38,710 nucleotides of DNA. Source: Macrostomum lignano (Eukaryota). Where the stretch lies: assembly GCA_002269645.1 (NCBI GenBank), contig NIVC01001529.1, positions 1 through 38,710 on the forward strand, read 5' to 3'. The position numbers and the translations under genes were made by a program. Shown piece after piece: positions 21,626 to 32,585 of the stretch (its first letter is position 1; each line of letters opens with the position of its first letter). Under the pieces are notes generated by a model that did no database searches, was not told the DNA's origin, and saw nothing but the letters and a program-made list of their open reading frames with translations.

Positions 21626-22239
21626 GATAATTATGACCCAGGTCATTGATGGGTTACACGATAATTATGACCCAGGTCATCGATGAGTTACAGGATAATT
21701 ATGACCCAGGTCATTGATGGGTTACACGATAATTATGACCCAGGTCATCGATGGGTTACAGGATACTTATGACCCAGATCATTGATGGGTTACAGGATAA
21801 TTATGACCCAGGTCATTGGTAGGTTACAGGATAATTATGACCCAGGTCATGGTCATTGATAGGTTACACGATAATTATGACCCAGGTCATTGATAGGTTA
21901 CAGGATAATTATGACCCAGGTCATTGATGGGTTACACGATAATTATGACCCAGGTCATTGGCTGGGTACACGATAATTATGACCCAGATCATTGATGGGT
22001 TACAGGATAATTATGACCCAGGTCATTGATGGGTTACACGATAATTATGACCCAGATCATTGATGGGTTACAGGATAATTATGACCCAGGTCATTGATGG
22101 GTTACACGATAATTATGACCCAGATCATTGATAGGTTACAGGATAATTATGACCCTGGTCATTGATGGGTTACACGATAATTATGACCCAGGTCATTGGC
22201 AGGTTACAGGATAATTATGACCCAGGTCATTGATGGGTT
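21626..22239. repeat. 34-bp minisatellite with internal palindrome (GATAATTATGACCCAGGTCATTGATGGGTTACAC/G)
   Basis: About 18 head-to-tail copies with ATGACC-CA-GGTCAT dyad and no spacers. Confidence 0.95.
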
Positions 22240-22843
22240 TCACAAAATTTTATTGTTATGGTGAATACTAGATCGTAAATAAAATGTACTTTTGAAAAAA
22301 TTCCAAAAAAAGTGAATGTTGTTGTCAAAACAAAACTTCCTATATTAGCCCTTCCACGTATTGTCTATGGCTTGTGCGACTCAAGTTTCTATACTGTTGT
22401 CATATCTCAGCAATGACAAAGTGATCTTTGAAGATTTTTTTATTGAATTCCATTTCACCATGTCATAAATTTCTTTTTTTTTCTCTTCATTGTTGTTCGT
22501 ACATAGCTTACGTGTATTTACAAGATTGTTTTCTGTCGCGTTTTAAATAAACAATATATTCCCCACTGTTATATTTTGTTGTTCTGTTTGCATTTACATT
22601 CCTGTTTAACTGATATTATTGTTATACTCATTCGTGTTTTATCGGTATGGTAATTTTTTGCTTTTCAATTTTTTTTGTTTTCCTTTTTAGTGTTTCCACA
22701 GCTAATGACAGTAGCTTAAGAGCATGATGGATTATTGTGTTTGTTCCTTCGTATTTTTATTTATTGTCTTTGTTCTAGACTTGTGCATTCTTATCCAACT
22801 CAGCTATGGGACATTCATTACCTGACATTAACGAGAACCTAAA

Positions 22844-23165
22844 CTCAGTGTCTGGGCCAGCCTCCCAGATCCTCAGTTGCAGGGCCAGCCTCCCAGATCC
22901 TCAGTTGCTGGGCCAGCCTCCCAGATCCTCAGTTGCTGGGCCAGCCTCCCAGATCCTCAGTTGCAGGGCCAGCCTCCCAGATCCTCAGTTGCTGGGCCTG
23001 CCTCCCAGATCGTCAGTTGCTGGGCCAGCCTCCCAGATCGTCAGTTGCTGGGCCAGCCTCCCAGATCCTCAGTTGCTGGGCCAGCCTCCCAGATCGTCAG
23101 TTGCTGGGCCAGCCTCCTATTCCCTCAGTTGCTGGGCCAGCCTCCCAGATCCTCAGTTACTGGGC
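22844..23165. repeat. 28-bp GC-rich minisatellite (CTGGGCCAGCCTCCCAGATCCTCAGTTG)
   Basis: About 11 copies, direct. Confidence 0.95.
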
Positions 23166-23659
23166 AGTTGATTCTCCTATCAGCATAAGCTCTTTTAACC
23201 ACTCCTGTTATTCAATGCTTTTAGCAACAAAATTTATCAGTTTGTTTTCATTGCCACTTAAGTCGGTGTTTGTTCACTGCTTGATTAGCGCTGTGTGATG
23301 AATAATCGGTCATCTCTGTTGTCTTATTGCCCATTTTTTGTTAAATCGTCTTTCAGCGTCCTGTCAGTCTAGTTTTATGTTTGCTGTTTGTCCGGCTGAA
23401 CCGAATAGTGAAAGATGATAATTTTGTGAATTCGTGTTATCTTGATATGGTTTCGGCTTGACAGTTTGTGTTGTTAATGAATAGTCTTTGAACACCTAAT
23501 ACATGTTGGCTGTTCTAGAAATGACTAAGTTTTTGTAGCTGGTGATTTAAGTATGCTTATAATACCGGATATCCCCTCTTATTTTTATGTCTGTTCCCGT
23601 TTTTTGTCAAGATGTTTATGATAATAATTGATTTACACCTGCCACTAATTTATTATACT

Positions 23660-23866
23660 GGGGGTTCTAGCCTAGTGGTGAGAACGTCGGACTTACAACT
23701 TAAAGGTCGGGGTTCGATTCCCGATTCCACTGGGAACAATTTGTGTCTGGTGTAATTGAGGGTGTGTGTGGCGAACCCCCCCCCCCAGTCCTTGGACTGA
23801 ACAAGCTGCGGCTGAGCTGTCGGTTGCACATCTGGCCCAATTGGGGCAGGTGTAATCAATTATTAA
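23660..23866 (+). mobile_element. tRNA-derived SINE, about 207 bp
   Basis: tRNA-like head GGGGGTTCTAGCCTAGTGG (A box) ... GGTTCGATTCC (B box), about 130-bp unrelated body, short AT-rich tail. Perfect 9-bp TSD TATTATACT at 23651-23659 and 23867-23875. Confidence 0.88.
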
Positions 23867-24512
23867 TATTATACTACTGTTAGTAACTAGATATGTATAC
23901 AAATGTGGATCGTAATTGTTTATTTTATTTTAAAGTTGTCGCCAGTAATTTCGAATTGTGAATGATAATGATATTTATTAAATATTACTGTGCATTAACG
24001 ACCGCACGTTATTTCTTGCGCCTGTCTGCTTGTGTGTTTTTTCTTTCCTCCAATCTTTTATCTTTAAATTTTTATCTTTTATCTTTTATCTTTATCTCTG
24101 ATGTGAAATAATTTTCTAATAAAAAAGCGCACAAAAATAATGTCACAGAACGGCAATTAATGTTTATATTGACTGTTGTTTTGTGCTTTTACTGTTGTTT
24201 GTGGAGTCCTTGATTTTGGAGTTAGCAGCTGAATTATCTATCAAAGATATTTTATTTATTATTGATCTATATTTTATTGTTTTCGTGTTCGATCTATTCA
24301 AAATACAACTGAAATAATATTGATCATTTTTGTGTCCGATTCTGTGTTTATTTTGTTGTCTTCTTTTGCTGCCTCAATTTCTGTCTTTAGGGTTAAGTTT
24401 ATTCACAAATCGCAATCCAGAGAGTATTCAGTGTTCTAGTAGTATTAAATCTGAAAGTAGTATTAAATGCTTGAACGATTTCATGCATGCTATAAACTCT
24501 AAACAGCTCAAA

Positions 24513-27500
24513 ATGCTGCAATCCAAGGTGCTGATGCGCCACCCGATGTTGAAGTGGTTCTTAATGTCCCACGAGAAGCAGTCCTACGTGCTGCAGCTGG
24601 CTATTCTGTCTCTGGCTATGATTCTGTGTAAGTATTTGTTTATATTGACTTGGTTGAAATAGAACTGAATAAATCGGTTGATTTTACTGAGAATTGTTTT
24701 AATTTCATTGGCTGTTAGTCTAGCTTCAATTTCATTGGCTGTTAGTCTAGCTTCAATTTCATTGGCTGTTAGTCTAGCTTCAATTTCATTTGCTGTTCGG
24801 CTAGCTTCAATTTCATTGGCTGTTAGGCTAGCCTCAATTTCATTGGCTGTTAGTCTAGCTTCAATTTCATTGGCTGTTAGTCTAGCTTCAATTTCATTTG
24901 CTGTTCGGCTAGCTTCAATTTCATTGGCTGTTAGGCTAGCTTAAATTTCATTGGCTGTTAAGCTAGCTTCATTTTGATTGGTTGTCGGGCAGCTCATGTA
25001 TCGAATTCAGCCTATCTAAACTTACATTCCACCGCAACCCTGCAGCCTTCTGCACCCGCCTGTTCTCCGTGATCCGATTCGGCTCCATGATCCACGAGTT
25101 CGATCCCTACTTCAACTATCGCACTACAAAGTACCTGGCCGATAAAGGTTTCTACGAATTTCATAACTGGTTCGACGACCGAGCCTGGTACCCGCTCGGC
25201 GCATCATTGGCGGCACGATCTATCCCGGCCTCATGGTTACCAGCACCGCTCTGTACCATCTGTTGAACACTTTCAACTTCACCGTTGACATTCGTGAGGT
25301 TTGCGTATTCTTGGCGCCGCTGTTTAGCTCGCTAACAACTCTGGTCACCTTCCTGATGACGCGGGAGTTGCACAGCACCGGTGCTGGCCTGTTCGCCGCC
25401 TGCTGCATCAGCATCGTGCCAGGCTACATCTCCCGCTCCGTTGCCGGCTCCTACGATAACGAAGGCATCGCCATATTCTGCATGCTGCTCACCTATTATT
25501 TCTGGATTAAATCGGTGAAGACTGGCTCGCTATGCTGGTCGGCCTGCTGCGCCCTGTCCTATTTCTACATGGTGTCCGCCTGGGGCGGCTACGTTTTCCT
25601 AGTCAACCTCATCCCTATTCACGTGCTCTGCCTCATGCTCACTGGCCGATTTCATCACAAAATCTACGTTGCCTATTCCACATTCTATTGTTTAGGCACC
25701 GTATTGTCCATGCAAATTAGCTTTGTCGGTTTCCAGCCGGTCCAGACATCCGAGCATATGGGCGCTCTGGGCGTGTTCGGCCTGTGCCAGATCTATAGCT
25801 TTGTTGAGTACGTTCGATCCAAGCTGACTAAGGAGAACTTCACGGCTCTATTCAGGACTATACTCATGTTCTCTCTGGGCTGCTTCGCCCTGTTCTTAGC
25901 TGTGCTCACTCTCAGCGGAAAAGTGGCACCTTGGACTGGCCGGTTCTATTCTCTGTTGGACCCGAGCTACGCTAAGAACAACATCCCGATCATTGCGTCC
26001 GTGTCCGAGCATCAGCCTACGGCCTGGTCCAGCTTCTATTTCGATTTGCACGTGCTGACTATCATGTTCCCTGTTGGATTGTACTATTGCTTCAAGAACC
26101 TGACGGATCATAACATCTTTGTGATCCTGTACGGTGTCACCTCGATCTACTTTGCCGTGAGTGACGTTTATTTTCTATGTAGTTTCAACAGATTTTAGTG
26201 AGTTAATAGAAACAGCTGTTTACCTATGAGATTGTGATACGGTTATCTCACTGTGAGATTTTGATACTGTTATCTCACTATGAAATTTTGATACTGTTAT
26301 CTCACTATGAAATTTTGATACGGTTATCTCACTGTGAGATTGTGATACGGTTATCTCACTGTGAGATTTTGATACTGTTATCTCACTATGAGATTGTGAT
26401 ACGGTTATCTCACTGTGAGATTTTGATACTGTTATCTCACTATGAGATTTTGATACTGTTATCTCACTATGAGATTTTGATACTGTTATCTCACTATGAA
26501 ATTTTGATACGGTTATCTCACTGTGAGATTGTGATACGGTTATCTCACTATGAAATTTTGATACGGTTATCTCACTGTGAGATTGTGATACGGTTATCTC
26601 ACTGTGAGATTTTGATACTGTTATCTCACTATGAAATTTTGATACGGTTATCTCACTGTGAGTTTGTGATACGGTTATCTCACTGTGAGATTTTGATATG
26701 GTTATCTCACTATGAAATTTTGATACGGTTATCTCACTATGATATTTTGATACTGTTATCTCACTATGAGATTTTGATACTGTTATCTCACTGTGAGATT
26801 CTGATACGGTTATCTCACTGTGAGATTTTGATACTGTTATCTCACTATGAGATTTTGATACGGTTATCTCACTATGAGATTTTGATACAGTTATCTCACT
26901 GTGAGATTTTTAATCTTTTATAGCACTATAATATTTTGATACGGTTATCTCACTATAAGATTTCAATACGGTTATCTCACTATGAGATTTCAATACGGTT
27001 ATCTCACTATGAGATTTTGATAAGGTCATCTCACTATGAGATTTTGATACTGTTATCTCACCATGAGATTTTGATACCGTTATCTCACTATGAGATTTCA
27101 ATACGGTCATCTCACTATGAGATTTTGATAAGGTCATCTCACTATGAGATTTTGATAAGGTCATCTCACTATGAGATTTCAATACGATTATCTCACTATG
27201 AGATTTTGATACTGTTATCTCACTATGAGATTTTGAGATTTTGAACGAGCCATCTCATTTTAAGATTTTTAATCCAGCCATTTCACTATGAGATTTGAAT
27301 TTTTGATACGATCAGTTTACTTGATATTATGAGATTTTCAGACTTGGTATATTTGCATCAAATTTCTATTAAACTTCCCCTGCATACTACTGTTAGTATT
27401 AGCAAGATCTGCACTCTGCTATTCACAATTTTCAGGGCGTGATGGTCCGTCTGATGCTGGTGCTGGCCCCCATCATGTGCATCCTTGGCGGCATCGGGCT

Positions 27501-29061
27501 CAGCAGCGTCGCCTCCACCTACGTTCGCAACATCGACCTGACCCGTAAAGAGGATAAAAAGTCAAAGAAGTCAGCCGACAATTATCCAATTAAAAGCGAA
27601 GTGGCCCTTGTTGTTGTCTGCATAGTTGGCGCCTTCATGATGTTCTACGCTCAGCACTGCGTCTGGGTTACTAGCGAAGCCTACTCCAGCCCCAGCATTG
27701 TGCTGTCAGCCGAGACCGCCCACGGTCGCATCATTTTCGACGACTATCGCGAGGCCTACTGGTGGCTGAGGCGGAACACTCCCCCCGATGCTAAAGTGAT
27801 GAGCTGGTGGGACTACGGCTATCAGATTAGCGCTATAGCTAATCGAACTGTACTAGTGGATAATAACACCTGGAATAATACTCATATTAGCCGCGTTGGC
27901 CAGGCTATGTCCTCTCCGGAGGAGCGAGCCTATCCTATTATGCGAGAGTTGGATGTTGACTATGTTTTGGTCATCTTTGGCGGCCTGTCGGGCTATTCGT
28001 CTGACGATATTAACAAATTCCTCTGGATGGTCCGTATTGGCGGCAGCACGCCTAGCGGAGAGCATATTAAAGAGCACGATTATTATACTCCCCAGGTGAG
28101 TCTGTTTTATTGAGTAGCTCTCTAACTGTAGGTCTTTGTGTCTGCTTTAGTTGTAGGTCTTTGTGTCTGTCTCAACTGTAGGTCTTTGTGTCTGTCTCAA
28201 CTGTAGGTCTTTGTGTCTGTCTCAACTGTAGGTCTTTGTGTCTGCTTTAGTTGTAGGTCTTTGTGTCTGTCTCAATTGTAGGTCTTTGTGTCTGCTTTAG
28301 TTGTAGGTCTTTGTGTCTGTCTCAACTGTAGGTCTTTGTGTCTGTCTCAACTGTAGGTCTTTGTGTCTGTCTCAACTGTAGGTCTTTGTGTCTGTCTCAA
28401 CTGTAGGTCTTTGTGTCTGCTTTAGTTGTAGGTCTTTGTGTCTGTCTCAACTGTAGGTCTTTGTGTCTGCTTTAGTTGTAGGTCTTTGTGTCTGTCTCAA
28501 CTGTAGGTCTTTGTGTCTGTCTCAACTGTAGGTCTTTGTGTCTGTCTCAACTGTAGGTCTTTGTGTCTGCTTTAGTTGTAGGTCTTTGTGTCTGTCTCAA
28601 CTGTAGGTCTTTGTGTCTGCTTTAGTTGTAGGTCTTTGTGTCTGCTTTAGTTGTAGGTCTTTGTGTCTATTTTAACTGTAGATATTTGTGTCTGCTTTAA
28701 CTGTACAGGCCTTTGAGTCTGTCCCAACTGCAGGTCTTTGTGATTTTCCAATGGGCTGCCTTGAGCACAATCACGAGCCACTTTCCCCCTAAAACACACC
28801 GCACACCAGGGCGAGTTCCGCGTAGACAAGCTGGGCAGCAAGACTCTGCTGAACTGCCTGATGTACAAGCTGAGCTACTACAGGTTCGGCAGCATGTACA
28901 CCCAGACTGGTCAGCCCTCCGGCTACGATCGGGTTCGCAACGCCGAGATTGGCAACAAAGACTTCGAGCTGACCTATTTGGAGGAGGCCTACACCACGGA
29001 GCACTGGATAGTGCGAATCTATAAAGTTAAGAAGCCGGACAACAGGGGCAATCTGGTTTGA
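24513..29061 (+). CDS. STT3A: Oligosaccharyltransferase catalytic subunit STT3A (one -1 frameshift at about 25200)
   Basis: Exons 24513-24627, 25046-26156, 27436-28095, 28810-29061 (TGA). Motifs [25 protein letters not shown](R)[59 protein letters not shown]. Residues [15 protein letters not shown] and [12 protein letters not shown] match the STT3A rather than the STT3B type. Confidence 0.97.
24701..24972. repeat. 27-bp minisatellite (AATTTCATTGGCTGTTAGTCTAGCTTC), STT3A intron 1
   Basis: About 10 copies, direct. Confidence 0.95.
26225..27245. repeat. 27-bp minisatellite with dyad ATCTCAC-T-GTGAGAT, STT3A intron 2
   Basis: About 37 copies of GATAC(G/T)GTTATCTCACT(G/A)TGAGATTTT. Confidence 0.96.
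28123..28742. repeat. 25-bp minisatellite (CTGTAGGTCTTTGTGTCTGTCTCAA / TTGTAGGTCTTTGTGTCTGCTTTAG), STT3A intron 3
   Basis: About 24 copies of two interspersed variants. Confidence 0.96.
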
Positions 29062-29226
29062 GTAGTCTGTTAGCGAGTTGCCAATTGACTCTGAATTCAC
29101 TCCGAAACTGCTATGCTAACTTAGTAGTGTTTTTTTATGCTGGTCACATGCAATGCCTTGACCAGACATAGCCCGCTTAGATTGTCTTTTAATTCTAATT
29201 TTTTGCTAATTTTGAAGTTTCTCCGC

Positions 29227-29392
29227 AAAAATGACACCTCCCACAAAAAATGGCGCTCTCCCCCATAATAATGGCGCCTCCCACAAAAAATGGCGCCCCT
29301 TAATAAAATGGCGCACCCCCTCAAAAAATGACGCCCCCTCAAAAGCAGGGTGCCCTCATCTAAAAAAGGCACCCTCTCAAAATGACACTAGG
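29227..29392. repeat. About 20-bp degenerate repeat with AAAATG(G/A)C(G/A)C core
   Basis: Four ATGGCGC, one ATGACGC and two ATGACAC cores, each after an A-run. Confidence 0.8.
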
Positions 29393-29515
29393 CAATTTTA
29401 TATTATTTCACAACAATGACTTTACCGTTAAATTGTTTCCTAAGTAGCGAGGTCTTTGTTTAGTAGTCATTATGATTCTTTTCTATATAACTCGTACTTT
29501 TATCTGTTATTGCCT

Positions 29516-29521
29516 AATAAA
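29516..29521 (+). promoter_or_regulatory. Candidate polyadenylation signal of STT3A
   Basis: AATAAA about 455 nt after the stop, followed by T/GT-rich sequence. An earlier AATAAA at about 29302 lies inside the repeat. Confidence 0.4.
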
Positions 29522-29627
29522 ATTGTTAATGGTTTCTGTTTATTGACATTAAAACTGTTTTTAAAGATCGACACACTCACAGGCGTTTAAGTAATCGTCT
29601 TATACGAGAAATCATGCCGATTTGACC

Positions 29628-29630
<3 letters not shown>

Positions 29631-29674
<44 letters not shown>
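29631..29674. repeat. (GA)n microsatellite
   Basis: Direct. Confidence 0.97.
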
Positions 29675-29678
<4 letters not shown>

Positions 29679-30365
29679 GAGACACAGAAAAGAAGAGGGG
29701 AGAGAGTAGAGTAGAGAAGAAGGGAGCTGAGAACAATCAAACTATTGTGCAGTTTCAACTCACTATCGATACATATCGTCTGTAGAAGGCTTTAAAAGTC
29801 GATCCTTGATTTTATAAAAACCAACGCCAGTTTTATATGTCTGTTGCTTTCCTAACTAAATAAATGTACGTCGATTTACCTTTCTACTGTTATAAATATA
29901 ATTAAGTAGCCACATTCGGTGACTTGAATTTAGATATTGAACTAGTTTTCCTCTTGTCTCCCTCACTTTCTCGGTGTGCGTTTTTCTGTGTCGAAGTCTA
30001 TATCCTATTAATCTGCAATCTTGTCAAAAACAGCCACACTAAATGCTGATTGTCTAATCTATTAAATCAATACAAAACTGTGTTTGCCACTCTCAATAAA
30101 ATTTGCGACCTCTGCGCTGCCAATAATAGACAATTACTAATGCTCGATATTTATAATTACTAAACGATTCATTTAGTCCAATGCTTTAGTAAAATATGTT
30201 ATATCATCTGCATAAATAAACTGACCGGGTGAACGCGGTTGTTAGTGTTAATTCTTTGTTATTATTGCTTACTCGGAGGAGTCGGAGTGACATACGGAGC
30301 TTTAAAATTTCGTTCTTTGCAATCCTACTAGCGTCATTCTGAATTAATATCCCAACTACACTACT

Positions 30366-31682
30366 GTCACCCTACTATCGTCACTGATGTCACCCTACTA
30401 TCGTCACTGATGTCACCCTACTATCGTCACTGATGTCACCCTACTATCGTCACTGATGTCACCCTACTATCGTCACTGATGTCACCCTACTATCGTCACT
30501 GATGTCACCCTACTATCGTCACTGCTGCACCCTACTATTGTCACTGATGTCACCCTACTATCGTCACTGATGTCACTACTATCCTCACTGATGTCACTAC
30601 TATCGTCACTGATGTCGCCCTACTATCGTCACTGATGTCGCCCTACTATCGTCACTGATGTCGCCCTACTATCGTCACTGATGTCACCCTACTATCCTCA
30701 CTGATTTCACCCTACTATCCTCACTGATGTCGCCCTACTATCGTCACTGCTGCACCCTACTATTGTCACTGATGTCACCCTACTATCGTCACTGATGTCA
30801 CTACTATCCTCACTGATGTCACTACTATCGTCACTGATTTCACCCTACTATCCTCACTGATGTCACCCTACTATCCTCACTGATGTCACCCTACTATCCT
30901 CACTGATGTCACCCTACTATCGTCACTGATGTCACCCTACTATCCTCACTGATTTCACCCTACTATCGTCACTGATGTCGCCCTACTATCGTCACTGATG
31001 TCACCCTACTATCCTCACTGATTTCACCCTACTATCCTCACTGATGTCGCCCTACTATCGTCACTGATGTCGCCCTACTATCGTCACTGATGTCGCCCTA
31101 CTATCGTCACTGATGTCGCCCTACTATCCTCACTGATGTCACCCTACTATCCTCACTGATGTCACTACTATCGTCACTGATGTCACCCTACTATCGTCAC
31201 TGATGTCGCCCTACTATCCTCACTGATGTCACCCTACTATCCTCACTGATTTCACCCTACTATCCTCACTGATGTCGCCCTACTATCGTCACTGATGTCG
31301 CCCTACTATCGTCACTGATGTCACCCTACTATCCTCACTGATGTCACTACTATCGTCACTGATGTCACCCTACTATCCTCACTGATGTCACTACTATCGT
31401 CACTGATGTCACCCTACTATCCTCACTGATTTCACCCTACTATCCTCACTGATGTCGCCCTACTATCGTCACTGATGTCGCCCTACTATCGTCACTGATG
31501 TCGCCCTACTATCGTCACTGATGTCGCCCTACTATCCTCACTGATGTCACCCTACTATCCTCACTGATGTCGCCCTACTATCGTCACTGATGTCGCCCTA
31601 CTATCGTCACTGATGTCGCCCTACTATCCTCACTGATGTCACCCTACTATCCTCACTGATTTCACCCTACTAGCGTCACTGA
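30366..31682. repeat. 23-bp minisatellite (GTCACTGATGTCACCCTACTATC)
   Basis: About 57 copies with recurring variants (GTCGCC, TTTCACC, 20-bp deletion units). Confidence 0.97.
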
Positions 31683-32250
31683 TCACATGAAATCATTGAA
31701 TTTGGACCAAAATCATCCAGCTGTCATATCGACCATTTCAACAAAATAGCAGCTTACGCATGAGTCAAATTTTATTATATAATTAATGGCTGTCGAATAT
31801 GTAACTCGCTGCTGTATACATGTTGCAGTCTATGCCTACATGTTACTATTTGTATTCCAGTATGTGGAGTGTCAATTCAAGGACCACTGTAGTAAAACAT
31901 TACGTGAAACTCAAAGATCGTGTAGTTTTTAGGGGGCCAGTTTCCTGGGGAAAATACACTGCAGAGATAGGAAAAACATTTTTCTTCACAAAATCTATGA
32001 TGGATTGGATTTGATCTGGGGCAGCTATAGTGAAGATTACCAGTATTTTAATTTAGCATGTACAGCATGTTAACTCTGTATTTTATATAATGTTTTATTT
32101 TTACTTCACAAGTCCACTAGCTAAATACTCACGTGAAATATTTGTTCATTTTTTGAATCAAGTTAGCTTCTTGCATGCAGCAAGGCCTCTTAGCCTAAGT
32201 GTAGAGTGTTCTACCTCCATCAAAAAGTGATAAAATTGTTAACGTACTAC

Positions 32251-32255
32251 TAGAT

Positions 32256-32291
<36 letters not shown>

Positions 32292-32359
32292 CTAGATAGA
32301 TAGATAGATAGATAGATACTTAGATAAATACATAGATAGATAGCTAGATAGATAGATAC

Positions 32360-32415
<56 letters not shown>

Positions 32416-32427
32416 CTAGATAGATAC

Positions 32428-32466
<39 letters not shown>

Positions 32467-32512
32467 CTTAGATAAATACATAGATACTTAGATAAATACA
32501 TAGATAGATAGC

Positions 32513-32543
<31 letters not shown>

Positions 32544-32585
32544 CTAGATAGATAGATAGATAGATAGATAGATACTTAGATAAAT
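32251..32585. repeat. (GATA)n microsatellite
   Basis: Direct. Runs straight into the 273-bp array. Confidence 0.98.

Noticed and set aside
21626-22239. CRISPR-like array (34-bp palindromic repeat)
   Set aside because: Units are head-to-tail with no unique spacers, there are no cas genes, and the context is eukaryotic.
22806-23298. Pro/Gln-rich ORFs over the 28-bp repeat
   Set aside because: The period is not a multiple of 3 and all frames give the same permuted text.
23660-23730. Functional tRNA gene
   Set aside because: The anticodon stem (TCGGA/CTTAA) does not pair, the acceptor stem is poor, and an extra body plus TSD indicate a SINE.
25195-25210. Programmed ribosomal frameshift in STT3A
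   Set aside because: No slippery heptamer is visible. A single missing C explains it as an error or mutation.
26234-27244. 229-aa and 102-aa LSHYEILI ORFs
   Set aside because: 27-bp minisatellite within STT3A intron 2, open only because the period is 9 codons.
29124-29392. MITE bounded by TAGTGTTTTTTT / AAAATGACACTA
   Set aside because: The inverted match is short and imperfect, and there is no TSD.
30366-31682. Hammerhead ribozyme repeats (CTGATG)
   Set aside because: The core needs CUGANGA and GAAA. The unit has CTGATGTC and no GAAA.
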